Assembly: GCA_041674205.1 (NCBI GenBank)
Contig: JBAYWF010000001.1
Location: 149,003 to 213,002, forward strand
DNA from: Parcubacteria group bacterium
Lineage (GTDB): Bacteria; Patescibacteriota; Minisyncoccia; Moranbacterales; UBA2206
Length of the DNA stretch: 64,000 nt
Reading direction: 5' to 3'
Shown here: positions 37,095-47,006 of the stretch, in pieces
How the letters are laid out: every line of letters begins with the position of its first letter
Position numbering within the stretch: the stretch's first letter is position 1
Notes under the pieces: model-generated
Database searches by the model: none
Seen by the model: the letters and a program-made list of their open reading frames with translations, nothing else
Told to the model about the DNA's origin: nothing
Made by a program: the position numbers and the translations under genes

Positions 37095-38423
37095 ATGAAA
37101 AGTAAAATTGAAAAATTCGATATCGCGGTAATCGGCGGCGGACCGGCCGGAATGATGGCGGCGGGACGGGCAGCCGGACTCGGCGCGCGCGTGGCTCTGC
37201 TTGAGAAAAATTCCAGCCTCGGCCGGAAGCTTTTGATTACGGGCAAGGGGCGTTGCAACCTGACGCAAGCGGAATTTGATGACAAGGAAATTATCAAGAA
37301 ATTCGGCAAGAACGGAAAATTTTTATTTTCCGCCTTGGATGCTTTCGGTCCGGAAGAGGTGATCAGGTTTTTCGAAGACCGGACGGTGCCGGTCAAAATC
37401 GAAAGGGGCGGACGGGTTTTTCCGAAATCCGATCGGGCGCAGGATGTGTTGCGGGCGCTGGAAAAATATTTGGAAAAAAACAATGTCGAAATAATTTATG
37501 ACGCCCAAGTCGCCGGATTCGATGTGGCGCCGATCGCCAGCGGGGGAAAAATCGCTAGCGTGAAATTGGCCGAGAAGGGGTATGTGTCGGCGGAAAAACA
37601 AGCTATGATGCCGGCAAGAAGGATTTATGCGGATAAGTTCATCATCTGTACCGGTGGAAAATCCTATCCGGCGACCGGTTCGACGGGGGACGGCTATCAG
37701 TGGGCTAAGGATTTGGGGCACAAGATAATCCCGCCAGCTCCGGCTTTGGTGCCGATCAAAACCAAAGAAACTTGGGTCAAAGACGTGCAGGGCCTGAGCT
37801 TGAAAAACGTGACGGTCAATCTTTTGCAAAACAATAAAAAACCTGCCTACCGGACAGGCAAGCAGGATTCGCGATTCGGCGAGATGATGTTCGCGCATTT
37901 CGGCCTGACCGGTCCGATCGTGCTCGATCTCAGTAAGAAAGCTGGAGAATTGATGGCGCAGGGCGAGGTGGCTATTTCCATCGATCTGAAACCGGCCTTG
38001 GATCTCGATCAATTGGACGCGCGCCTGCAGCGGGATTTCAAAGAGAATAGCAATAAGGATTTCATCAACTATCTGCCGGAACTTCTGCCGCAAAAAATCA
38101 TCGCCAGCATCGTAAACTTGTCCGGCATTGATCCGCGCAAAAAAATAAATTTAGTCACCAAAGAAGAACGGAAAAGACTGGCCGGTTTGCTCAAAGACTT
38201 GCGGCTGACAGCCGACGGTACGACCGGCTATAACCAAGCCATCGTCACCAGCGGCGGCGTGGACACTAGGGAAGTGGATTCCAAAACGATGCGTTCGCGG
38301 ATCGTCGGCAATCTTTTTTTGGCCGGGGAAATCCTGGATTTGGATGGTCCGACCGGCGGGTATAATCTGCAGATGTGCTGGAGCACGGGTTACGCGGCCG
38401 GGACATACGCGGCGAAGCTTTGA
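37095..38423 (+). CDS. HI0933/YhiN (BaiN)-family flavoprotein
   Basis: GGGPAGMMAA, KLLITGKGRCNLT, GGKSYPATGSTGDGY, TSGGV, GPTGGYNLQ. Confidence 0.93.
   Translation: MKSKIEKFDIAVIGGGPAGMMAAGRAAGLGARVALLEKNSSLGRKLLITGKGRCNLTQAEFDDKEIIKKFGKNGKFLFSALDAFGPEEVIRFFEDRTVPVKIERGGRVFPKSDRAQDVLRALEKYLEKNNVEIIYDAQVAGFDVAPIASGGKIASVKLAEKGYVSAEKQAMMPARRIYADKFIICTGGKSYPATGSTGDGYQWAKDLGHKIIPPAPALVPIKTKETWVKDVQGLSLKNVTVNLLQNNKKPAYRTGKQDSRFGEMMFAHFGLTGPIVLDLSKKAGELMAQGEVAISIDLKPALDLDQLDARLQRDFKENSNKDFINYLPELLPQKIIASIVNLSGIDPRKKINLVTKEERKRLAGLLKDLRLTADGTTGYNQAIVTSGGVDTREVDSKTMRSRIVGNLFLAGEILDLDGPTGGYNLQMCWSTGYAAGTYAAKL
37842..37862. repeat. 21-nt in-frame palindromic insertion (PAYRTGK)
   Basis: CCTGCCT-ACCGGAC-AGGCAAG near-palindrome; related CCTGCCGGCAGG at 62719-62730. 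Confidence 0.6.
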
Positions 38424-38577
38424 AACGGTTTCGCGCCATAGGCAGCTGATCCCTGGACGCTGATCCGGCATTGTGTTTTTTTTGCGGAAGTGGTAGATTG
38501 GATAGGTTGTTTTTCTTTTAATATCTTAAACGGAGGGGTGGAATATCCTCTTGTGTTTGCCGGTATCGATAAATCAT

Positions 38578-40341
38578 ATGAAAAAAAATGCTAGAAATTA
38601 TTTAGTGGCCGCTTTGGGAATTTCAGCGGTCTGGTCCGTTTCCAACTTCGGAGGAAGGATCTATCAAGCCTTGGAACATAACCATGAGCATGGGATGCTG
38701 GTAGCCTTTTTCGTTTTGGCGGCCTTGTTTATGTTGAGTTTCGTGGTCTTCTACCTGTCGCATCTGGTCAAGCTACCCTCTTTTATCTTGGCGATTTTTT
38801 TAGGCTTGGCAGCCAAGCCATTACTGACTCCCATACTCGGCAATGATGAATTATTGGGCGTAATCGTAAGTTTCGGAGCCACTTTGATATTGTTCGCAGG
38901 CGGATTGGAAACGCCTTTCGCCAATTTCAAGAAACTGATTTGGAAAATATTTTCCGTTTCTTTCGCCGGCCTGTTCATTACGGCTTTCCTATTTTCCTGG
39001 ACCATCTGGCTCTTAAGCGTGATTTTCGGCTTGGAAATCTCGGTCCTGGCGGCGGTTTTGCTGGGAGCCTTGCTGGCTTCGACCGATCCGGCGGCGATTA
39101 TTCCGGTCTTGAAAAGGCTGCGCTTCCATAACCGTTCCATAAAAGACATCATCATTTCGGAAAGCGCCGTTACGGATGTGGTCGGTACTTTATTGACGGT
39201 AGTTTTTTTGGCGTTGGCAGTGGGTGGAAATTTTTCCGGCGGCATCAACCAGTGGTATCAGTCTATTTTCAGCTATGGGAGTATGGCGGTATTGGCGACC
39301 CAGCTGTTTTTCGGAACCTTGCTGGGTTTGGCAGGCTATTTCTTCCTGGAGCTTCTTTTGCGTGCCAAGCATCTGTATGGGGAGGAATTTGAAGCCGATG
39401 CCGCTTTTTTCATTTCGGTGCCGGTCATCATTTTCACCGGTGCCATCTTTTTCGGCGGCAGCGGATATTTGGCCGCTTTCGTGGCCGGGTTGATTTTCCA
39501 CATCACCGAACATTTGAGCGAGACTGAAAGATTTTTCAATAATCTGGTGGACGGCTTCCTGAAGCCGATCATATTCGTCCTGTTGGGCGCTTTGGTCGAT
39601 CCGGCGCAGCTGCTGACCTATGCGCCGATCGGTATCGTGGCCGCCCTAATATTTATGTTTATCATCCGTCCTGTCGCGGTATTCGTATCCTTGGGCGGTT
39701 TCCATTTTTTCGGACAGGAAAAATTGAGTTGGCGCGATTTGTTGTTCATCTCGTTCGTGCGCGAGACCGGCGCTATCCCGGCCGTGTTGATGGTGACCAT
39801 CATCAGCCTGGGGCTGGCAGGGATGGAAGGTTTGGTTGAGATAGGTATGTGGACGATCTTGCTGACTTTGATCATCGAACCGTTGCTGACGCCGTTCGTC
39901 GCCAAATATCTCCAGGTAGCTGAAGAAATGCAAGACCGGAGCAAGGCGCCTTTGAATAAGAAATCCACGATTGTCCTGGTGACGCGGGGCGAATCTTTTC
40001 TAGACAGGATGCCGTATGTGGTCAAATGGGCTTCGAAACATTCTATCAGCGATGTCGCGGTTATGCTATGCTTGGAAAATAAATATACTGCCACGCTGGA
40101 AAAGGATATTAAGGCGAAGGCCCAGGCGGCTTTCGCGCGGGAGGCCGGGGAGCTCAAGATAAAATCCCTATCCCATATCGATTTTACTTTCATAAGCCGC
40201 AAAGGTTCATTACATGAGAATATCGACACCCTGGCGAAGACTGACAATAAAGTCGTGGCCATATTCGTCGGCAAAAAGATGCTTGACTACCGTTTGTCCG
40301 AGATAAAACAATTGGCCGTCCCTTTTTACTTTATGGACTAG
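38578..40341 (+). CDS. CPA1 cation:proton antiporter (NhaP-like)
   Basis: LFAGGLE, ASTDPAA, SESAVTD, SGYLAAFVAG, IRP motifs; soluble C-terminal domain. Confidence 0.88.
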   Translation: MKKNARNYLVAALGISAVWSVSNFGGRIYQALEHNHEHGMLVAFFVLAALFMLSFVVFYLSHLVKLPSFILAIFLGLAAKPLLTPILGNDELLGVIVSFGATLILFAGGLETPFANFKKLIWKIFSVSFAGLFITAFLFSWTIWLLSVIFGLEISVLAAVLLGALLASTDPAAIIPVLKRLRFHNRSIKDIIISESAVTDVVGTLLTVVFLALAVGGNFSGGINQWYQSIFSYGSMAVLATQLFFGTLLGLAGYFFLELLLRAKHLYGEEFEADAAFFISVPVIIFTGAIFFGGSGYLAAFVAGLIFHITEHLSETERFFNNLVDGFLKPIIFVLLGALVDPAQLLTYAPIGIVAALIFMFIIRPVAVFVSLGGFHFFGQEKLSWRDLLFISFVRETGAIPAVLMVTIISLGLAGMEGLVEIGMWTILLTLIIEPLLTPFVAKYLQVAEEMQDRSKAPLNKKSTIVLVTRGESFLDRMPYVVKWASKHSISDVAVMLCLENKYTATLEKDIKAKAQAAFAREAGELKIKSLSHIDFTFISRKGSLHENIDTLAKTDNKVVAIFVGKKMLDYRLSEIKQLAVPFYFMD

Positions 40342-40460
40342 TCCGTCCAAATTCTTGGTTGACACTCCTTGGCGCGATAACTATACTTGACCGTTGTAAC
40401 CGTCAGGCTGGCCTTGGCAGGGCCGAGCCGGCAAGTTTTCGGCCATAATTCGCAAAAACA

Positions 40461-41015
40461 ATGGAAAAAGCAGATCGACAATTGATTGAAGAATTTTTGG
40501 ACGGATCGGATGATTCCTTTGAATATCTGGTGGGGCGGTATTTGAAACCGGTTTATAACTTCCTATACCAATTCACCCAAGACCGGGATTCCCTGGACGA
40601 TCTGACGCAGGAAACTTTCATCAAGGCTTGGAAGAATATCAAAAAATTCGACCCGGAAAAAAATTTCCGGACTTGGCTTTTTACGATCGCCAAAAACACG
40701 GCCTATGATTTTTTGAAAAAGAAAAAAACCCTGCCCTTTTCCGATTTTCTTGATGAAGCGGGGAATAACAGGCTGGAAAACGTAGTCGAGGACGGTCCTC
40801 GGCTGGAAGAGGTCTTGGCCGGAAAAGATCTGGCGCGAGAGTTGGAAAAGAAATTGCAAGAGATTCCCGATAGCTACCGCATCCTCCTGCTGATGCGCTA
40901 CAAAGATGGTTTTTCACTCCAAGAAATCGCCCAAATTCTCGACCTGCCCTACAACACCGTCAAAAGCCAGCACGCACGGGCTCTGGCCAGCCTGAAAAAA
41001 ACCTGGCTGGCCTGA
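40461..41015 (+). CDS. ECF RNA polymerase sigma factor
   Basis: DDLTQETFIKAW, FRTWLFTIAKN (region 2), SLQEIAQIL..P.NTVKS (region 4). Confidence 0.93.
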   Translation: MEKADRQLIEEFLDGSDDSFEYLVGRYLKPVYNFLYQFTQDRDSLDDLTQETFIKAWKNIKKFDPEKNFRTWLFTIAKNTAYDFLKKKKTLPFSDFLDEAGNNRLENVVEDGPRLEEVLAGKDLARELEKKLQEIPDSYRILLLMRYKDGFSLQEIAQILDLPYNTVKSQHARALASLKKTWLA

Positions 41016-41306
41016 ATTTTCAGAAGGCGCTAGTTTTCCTTGGGCCATCTTTTCTTGGCCACGGGAAGATGATGTATTGCGTGAAAAAGAATCATAGGCT
41101 ATTATTTGTATATGGAGGTCAGGTTTGATAAAAAGAGGTTGGGGCGGAAGCTTATCCGGGAAGACCATCCGAATATTTTTAATAGTTGCCAGGCAAAGTC
41201 ATAAATCGAGAATATATCTCGATTTTTTAATTGCTAAATACATACCCCAACAAAAACAAAAAAACGATTCCGGCAAAATTTTTGCGGAAATCGCGGAAAC
41301 AAAAAC

Positions 41307-44300
41307 GTGCCAAAAACAAATAAAAACATACTGCTGGTATTTTGTCTGGCCCTTGGTTTGGTTTTTTCTTGCGAGGGAGCCAGTGCCAGAGAAACCATAA
41401 ATATCAATACCGACACGACCTGGACCAAGGAAACTTCTGATCTGGTTTTTGACAAGCCGATTGCCATTGGAAATGGTGCGACCTTGACCATCGAGAAAGG
41501 TACGAGGGTGGTTTTCCAAGTTAATCCCAACCAGCCTTTCAACTCTGCGGGGTTCGAGGTACTTGACGGGAAACTGGTCGCGAACGGGACGCGCGAGGAA
41601 AATATCGTATTCACTTCGCCGGACGACGGTTTCAAGCTGCTTTTTAGCGATAATGATCAGCCTTCTTTTTTGCTCTATGTGACCCTGGAAAACGGCGGTT
41701 TCATTCCGACTATGGAAGGCAGCGGCGATTTCGTGCCGAAATTTCCGGTTTTTGAAATCAACGGTGGCAAGGTCCATATCGAGAATTCCCAGTTTGCCAA
41801 TAGCCGGTTCAGGGAAATAAGTATTTCAGATGTTCCAATCCAGGATGCGGAAGGCAACGATGTGTATGATGAAAATGATAATCTTGTGCAAAACAAAGCC
41901 CAAGTGGATGTCATAAATTCCAATTTTTCCAACCAAAATGCCGTGGATTCCCAACTGGATTGCTGGGCGTATGATGAAGAAGCGGATGAAGATTATGTGG
42001 ATCAGGATTGTCTCAAACGGGTGAATTTGAAAGATGATTGGTTTGGGAATCCGGCCGGACCGACGACTGATGAGGATGAAGAACAAGGGATTGTAAAAGG
42101 CTATCGGGTAACCGGACAATTTTATCTGGATTCTTGGCGGACGGCTGATGAGATAATTGATGCCAGTCAAAATTGCATGGAAAATTGTTTTTCCAACGTG
42201 CTTTTTTTGCCAGGCATCAAAACCAGCCGGCTGTATAGAGATGGAGATGATGGAAAGAAGGATAAATTGTGGTTGCCTGATTATTTTGAGGATGATCTGG
42301 AAAAATTAGCACTGGATGAAAACGGGAAAAGCGTTAATGAAGTATATACACAGGACGTTTTGGATAGCATCGGTATTTGGGGGATTGGCGGTGATATTTA
42401 CAAAAATTTCATAGATATTCTGGCTGAATTGAAAACTAAGAATACGATCAATGATTATGAATCCTTTGCTTATGACTGGCGTCAAAGTGTGGAAGATGTG
42501 GCACAGAACGGAACTCCGTATGAAAATATAACGAAATCGGCGATAGTCGATTTGCAGGCGCTGGCAGAGAATTCTAAAAGTAAAAAAGTGACCATCGTGG
42601 CCCATTCCAATGGCGGCTTGGTAGCTAAAGCAGTGATGATGGAGCTGGAAAAATTAGGAATGGCTGACAAGGTGGACAAGGTTATCCTTGTTGGCACTCC
42701 GCAGATGGGGACGCCAATCTCGATCCTTTCGCTTCTGTATGGCTATGATGAAGAATCAACCTTTCTGCAAGTGTTGATTTCGCGGGAAGATGCCCGCGCT
42801 TTAGCGGAAAATATGCCTGGAGCCTACGGGCTTTTGCCGGGTGAAAAATATTTTGAGCGTATGGAAAGTCCGTTCATCAAATTTTCATCCGAAAATACCC
42901 GATACAAAAGTTTCAAGGACGCATATGGTGAAAACATCGACAATTTTGATGAATTCAGGAAATTTTTGCTTGGGAAAGATGATGGCCGAGAAGACCCCGA
43001 CAAAAGCGATGTTGAAATGGAGAATGTGTTAAATGAAAAAATATTGAACCAGGCTAGGGAAATCCATCAGCATTTGGATAATTGGGTGCCACCATCAACA
43101 GTCGAAGTTATTCAAATTGCCGGTTGGGGGTTGGATACGATAAGCGGAGTGGAATATACAGAAAAAGAAAAAACCCAATGTTATATCGCTCCCGGAGCTA
43201 AAATCCCATCTTGTTCCGGTATGGGAGAATATGAGTCGGTTTATGAACCGAAATTCACCGTGGATGGCGACAGGGTGGTGGTGGCGCCAAGCGCTTTGAT
43301 GTTGGCCGAGTCAGAAAATGTAAAGAGATATTGGGTGGATTTATATGGGTATAATGATAATAATGTTCCAGATAGAGAACATAAAAATATTACAGAGATA
43401 GAATCAGTAAGAAATGTATTGGATATGTTGATTAGAAATTTAGATTTATCTTCAAATTTGCCTGAGTTTATTAAGTCTTCACGTCCAGATGATTATGCCT
43501 ATGCCCAACCTCGTTTAAGGATGTCCCTGTATTCACCTTTGGACATCCATCTATATGATGATTTCGGTCATCATACCGGACCTAAAAAAAACACGGATGA
43601 AAACGGGCAAGAATACGTGATTTTTGAAAAAGAAATTCCGAATAGCTATTATTATCAGTTCGGAGAACGGAAATATGCCGGCTTCCCTAAAGGTGAACAT
43701 ATCCGCGTAGAAATGGATGGCTATGCCCTGGGTTCATACACTCTAAAATTAGAAGAAGCGAAAGTGACTGAAGCAGGCGAAGAAACAATCGCACAAACGG
43801 CTTTTGAAAATCTTCCAACTACGGCTGACACGACCGTAAAGCTGGAGATTCCGGAAACCGGCATCGAAAATCCATTGTCTTTGCAGGCCGACATCGACAG
43901 CGATGGCGCGGTTGAATATGAATTGGCTTCTGTTCAAGATGGCGCAGTTACCTTGGATGTGATCGCTCCCGTTGCAGAAATTTCCATAGCTGGCACAAAG
44001 AGTAATAAAGAAGAATCAAAAACCGAAACGATCAGAATTGACAAAGCCACGTTGGAAGCCAACGTGCAGTTTAATCCGGATACGCAAAAAACGGATATCA
44101 GCGGTGCTGATAACCTGACCCAGGTTTCGGTTGTGCCAGAAGAACAAATAGGTGATAATAGCCATAAGTCAAAAAACAAAATATATTCCTGGCTTTCAAA
44201 ATTGTTCTTGGGAAAACAGGATAGGATCACTACGGTAGTCGCTACTTTAATGATGGCAACGATGACAGTGATCGGCGTCCGGTTCGTAAAAAAATGGATG

Positions 44301-44309
44301 GGATGGTGA
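41307..44309 (+). CDS. large secreted protein with LCAT-like alpha/beta-hydrolase (lipase/acyltransferase) domain
   Basis: Signal peptide, beta-helix-like N-terminus, VLFLPG, AYDWR, VAHSNGG nucleophile elbow, GTPQMG, DGDRVV, EH; C-terminal hydrophobic segment. Confidence 0.8.
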   Translation: MPKTNKNILLVFCLALGLVFSCEGASARETININTDTTWTKETSDLVFDKPIAIGNGATLTIEKGTRVVFQVNPNQPFNSAGFEVLDGKLVANGTREENIVFTSPDDGFKLLFSDNDQPSFLLYVTLENGGFIPTMEGSGDFVPKFPVFEINGGKVHIENSQFANSRFREISISDVPIQDAEGNDVYDENDNLVQNKAQVDVINSNFSNQNAVDSQLDCWAYDEEADEDYVDQDCLKRVNLKDDWFGNPAGPTTDEDEEQGIVKGYRVTGQFYLDSWRTADEIIDASQNCMENCFSNVLFLPGIKTSRLYRDGDDGKKDKLWLPDYFEDDLEKLALDENGKSVNEVYTQDVLDSIGIWGIGGDIYKNFIDILAELKTKNTINDYESFAYDWRQSVEDVAQNGTPYENITKSAIVDLQALAENSKSKKVTIVAHSNGGLVAKAVMMELEKLGMADKVDKVILVGTPQMGTPISILSLLYGYDEESTFLQVLISREDARALAENMPGAYGLLPGEKYFERMESPFIKFSSENTRYKSFKDAYGENIDNFDEFRKFLLGKDDGREDPDKSDVEMENVLNEKILNQAREIHQHLDNWVPPSTVEVIQIAGWGLDTISGVEYTEKEKTQCYIAPGAKIPSCSGMGEYESVYEPKFTVDGDRVVVAPSALMLAESENVKRYWVDLYGYNDNNVPDREHKNITEIESVRNVLDMLIRNLDLSSNLPEFIKSSRPDDYAYAQPRLRMSLYSPLDIHLYDDFGHHTGPKKNTDENGQEYVIFEKEIPNSYYYQFGERKYAGFPKGEHIRVEMDGYALGSYTLKLEEAKVTEAGEETIAQTAFENLPTTADTTVKLEIPETGIENPLSLQADIDSDGAVEYELASVQDGAVTLDVIAPVAEISIAGTKSNKEESKTETIRIDKATLEANVQFNPDTQKTDISGADNLTQVSVVPEEQIGDNSHKSKNKIYSWLSKLFLGKQDRITTVVATLMMATMTVIGVRFVKKWMGW

Positions 44310-44376
44310 TTTCGTTTATTATGACTGAAAATGGATCGGTAAATATTCAATATTAATCAATTTTAAATTTAATTTT

Positions 44377-44772
44377 ATGCGAAAAAAAACTTATTGGTGG
44401 AAAATTAGTTTATTTGTGGCAGCTTTAACTATGTTAATTTTAGAATATGTCGGTGTTTGTGATTTCAAGTTTGGAAGATGTATAGGTGGAAATAGTATTC
44501 CAGTGATAAGAACATCCTTTCATTTATTTCTAGCTATATTTATAATTTCAATATTTTTATTTTTCACATCTGACAAGATTTTTCTCAAATGGCTGCGCTT
44601 TGCTTTTATTTGGATCGTATTAGCAGTAATTGTAATTATTGTGACTCCAGAATATGCCAGTACTGGAATTGTGAGTGGTCCAAATAGGGAAATAGTTTCT
44701 ATCTGTATGAGCTCACTTTTTGTCATTATCAGTCTGATAAAAATAATTTGGGACAGTAAAAAAACAAAATAA
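44377..44772 (+). CDS. small AT-rich 4-TM membrane protein
   Basis: Four hydrophobic segments; directly downstream of the lipase. Confidence 0.65.
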   Translation: MRKKTYWWKISLFVAALTMLILEYVGVCDFKFGRCIGGNSIPVIRTSFHLFLAIFIISIFLFFTSDKIFLKWLRFAFIWIVLAVIVIIVTPEYASTGIVSGPNREIVSICMSSLFVIISLIKIIWDSKKTK

Positions 44773-44866
44773 AGAATTTTAATTTTATAAAACGGCAATG
44801 TCACGCGGTAGATAGTTCCCATCAAATGGAAATTATTGGAAGCGTGGCCATAGACCGCACAAAAAA

Positions 44867-46048
44867 ATGAATTTGCAAAATGAAAAACAACCGGAGGAGA
44901 AGATGGGGAAAAGCGATCAAAATTCCTACGAAGAGATAAGCGAAAAAAGGACTTCGAAATTGGGCTATATCCTCCTGGTATTGATGGTGGCTTTTGTGAT
45001 CGGCGTCGGAGAAACGGTTTTTTCGGACTTGGCGAAAATTCCTGAAAAACCGGTCGCTCCTTCCGGTTGCATCCTGAATTCCGTACGAAATCTCAAAAGC
45101 CTGACAAAATATTCAACCTGTCAAAATTATGGGAATTCGCTCAATGCTGTGGATAAAAAATTCGGATTGGATAAAAAGTATGATGGCATAAAGCCGCAAC
45201 TGCAAGAGATAGTTTCATTGAATGCCGGCATAGAATCGAATAACAGTGAAATCAGAAGCCTGGAAAGCAATATCCAAAAATTGAATAGGGAATATGGTTT
45301 GAGCTTGCAAGAAAAGATGGCTGGCGAAAAGGCGATAGCGGACAAGGAAAATATCAAAAATGAAATCACGGGCACAAAAGCTAAAATCAGCAGCCTTCAA
45401 GAAGAGAATGGTTCTTTGGAGAATAAAAAAAATCTTGCCATTTCCCAAATAAGTTCTTCCGCGCAATCAATCGAGCAGAGCCATAAAGAGGCGACGGACT
45501 ATTTTTTGAATAAGGCGGCCTGGTTCAAATTCAAGGTATTTCTGCTGACACTGGTTTTTGTCCTCCCGTTCTTCGCATTTTCCGTGTTTTTTTATTTCAA
45601 ACTGAAAAGAAAAAATAGCCCCTATACTATCATATTTACCGCGACAACGACGGCATTTTCAATTTTGTTCCTGCAGGTGGCTGGTGTTTTTCTCTATGAT
45701 ATCCTTCCGAAAGAATGGCTGGGAAGGATTTTTAGCTTCTTTATGGAGGTGCCGTTTTTGCGGTATGTGGTTTATTACGGCTCCATAATCCTTGTTATCG
45801 GGATTTTCGGCGGAATCGTTTATTATATCCAAAAGAAAGTGTTCAGTCCCGCCAAGGTCGCGATCAGAAGGCTGAAGGATAAAAAATGTCCCGGATGTTC
45901 TTTTGCGCTGGATCCGCAACATATCTTTTGCCCTAATTGCGGACTCCGCTTGAAAGAAAAATGCCAATACTGCGGAGAACCTAGGAATAAATATCTATCC
46001 CATTGTCATAATTGCGGAAGAGAGGAAGTTGGAATGTTCGAGGCTTGA
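44867..46048 (+). CDS. membrane protein with coiled coil and C-terminal double zinc ribbon
   Basis: TM, coiled coil, 3 TM, then CPGC..CPNC..CQYC..CHNC. Confidence 0.75.
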   Translation: MNLQNEKQPEEKMGKSDQNSYEEISEKRTSKLGYILLVLMVAFVIGVGETVFSDLAKIPEKPVAPSGCILNSVRNLKSLTKYSTCQNYGNSLNAVDKKFGLDKKYDGIKPQLQEIVSLNAGIESNNSEIRSLESNIQKLNREYGLSLQEKMAGEKAIADKENIKNEITGTKAKISSLQEENGSLENKKNLAISQISSSAQSIEQSHKEATDYFLNKAAWFKFKVFLLTLVFVLPFFAFSVFFYFKLKRKNSPYTIIFTATTTAFSILFLQVAGVFLYDILPKEWLGRIFSFFMEVPFLRYVVYYGSIILVIGIFGGIVYYIQKKVFSPAKVAIRRLKDKKCPGCSFALDPQHIFCPNCGLRLKEKCQYCGEPRNKYLSHCHNCGREEVGMFEA

Positions 46049-46142
46049 ACTGTGTTTTGAAAAAATTTTACAATGTCCCCGGTTCGGAAATAAACCAGGG
46101 CGCCGGGTTGTTTTAGGTGTAATAATGATTAATCGAAAATTT

Positions 46143-46460
46143 ATGAAAAAAAATTTACGCGTCACGGTGCACGGCCGGGTGCACGGCGTGTTTTTCCGGC
46201 GGACCGCTATGGAAGAAGCCGTGAAGCTGGGCCTTTCCGGTTATGCGGACAGATTGGAAAACGGCAGAGTCATTATCGAAGCCGAGGGGGATATGCGCTC
46301 TTTGGAAATCTTTTTGCGGTGGTGCCGCCGCGGTCCGTTTCTGGCCAAAGTCAATTTGCTGATATTCGAATATTCTTCGAACTTGAAAAATTTTAATGTT
46401 TTTATAATCAAAGAAAACACGGTCAGGTATGTCAGCCAGGGTCCGTACGCCTGTTATTGA
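46143..46460 (+). CDS. acyP: acylphosphatase
   Basis: VHGRVHGVFFR, GYA, V.IEAEG, WCRRGP..AKV; the conserved Asn (GxVxN) appears as Asp-Arg. Confidence 0.75.
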   Translation: MKKNLRVTVHGRVHGVFFRRTAMEEAVKLGLSGYADRLENGRVIIEAEGDMRSLEIFLRWCRRGPFLAKVNLLIFEYSSNLKNFNVFIIKENTVRYVSQGPYACY

Positions 46461-46481
46461 AAAATAGCGGGGTGAAATTGA

Positions 46482-46509
46482 TGCGTCCGTCCGCGCCAGA
46501 CGGTCGTAT
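46482..46509 (+). promoter_or_regulatory. possible ECF-sigma promoter
   Basis: TGCGTC-N17-CGTA, resembling SigW-type TGAAAC-N16-CGTA architecture. Confidence 0.35.
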
Positions 46510-46517
46510 TAATAGAT

Positions 46518-46922
46518 ATGGACCAAAATTTACACGAAATTTTTAAGGACATCGCGGAAATCCAACCGGCTTCAGGGCTTGAAAATCGGATTTTTCAAGC
46601 TGTCGCGGTGGAAAAAGATAGGGCCATCAGACGCAAGCTGCTGTTTTCCCGCCTGGGACTGGGCGCATCAACAGCGGTTTTTTTGGCGGCCATTTCCACT
46701 TATGGCAACGCGATTTTACAATCTGAATTTTGGAGCATGCTGTCGCTGGCCGCTTCCGATATGTGGGTGGTGGCGCAAAACTGGCAGGACTTCGCGTATT
46801 CTCTGATGGAAACTTTCCCGACGGTCAGCGTGGTCGCCATTCTGGCTCCGGTAATGACGCTGTTGTTTTCATTCGGTATTTATTTGGAAGCTGATAACAA
46901 GCATAAACATAAGTATATTTAA
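46518..46922 (+). CDS. putative membrane anti-sigma factor
   Basis: Short cytoplasmic N-terminus (P.GLENRIFQAV) followed by TM helices; heads the MacAB-like operon. Confidence 0.5.
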   Translation: MDQNLHEIFKDIAEIQPASGLENRIFQAVAVEKDRAIRRKLLFSRLGLGASTAVFLAAISTYGNAILQSEFWSMLSLAASDMWVVAQNWQDFAYSLMETFPTVSVVAILAPVMTLLFSFGIYLEADNKHKHKYI

Positions 46923-46932
46923 TCGACCTGTG

Positions 46933-46997
46933 GTCGTCCTGAACTTGATTCAGGATCTCTAACAATTAATTAGATTCCGGGTCAAGCCCGGAATGAC
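46933..46997. repeat. REP-like double-hairpin element
   Basis: GTCGTCCTGAA-CTTGA-TTCAGGA and inverted ATTCCGGG-TCAAG-CCCGGAAT-GAC. Confidence 0.7.
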
Positions 46998-47006
46998 AAC
47001 AATAAT

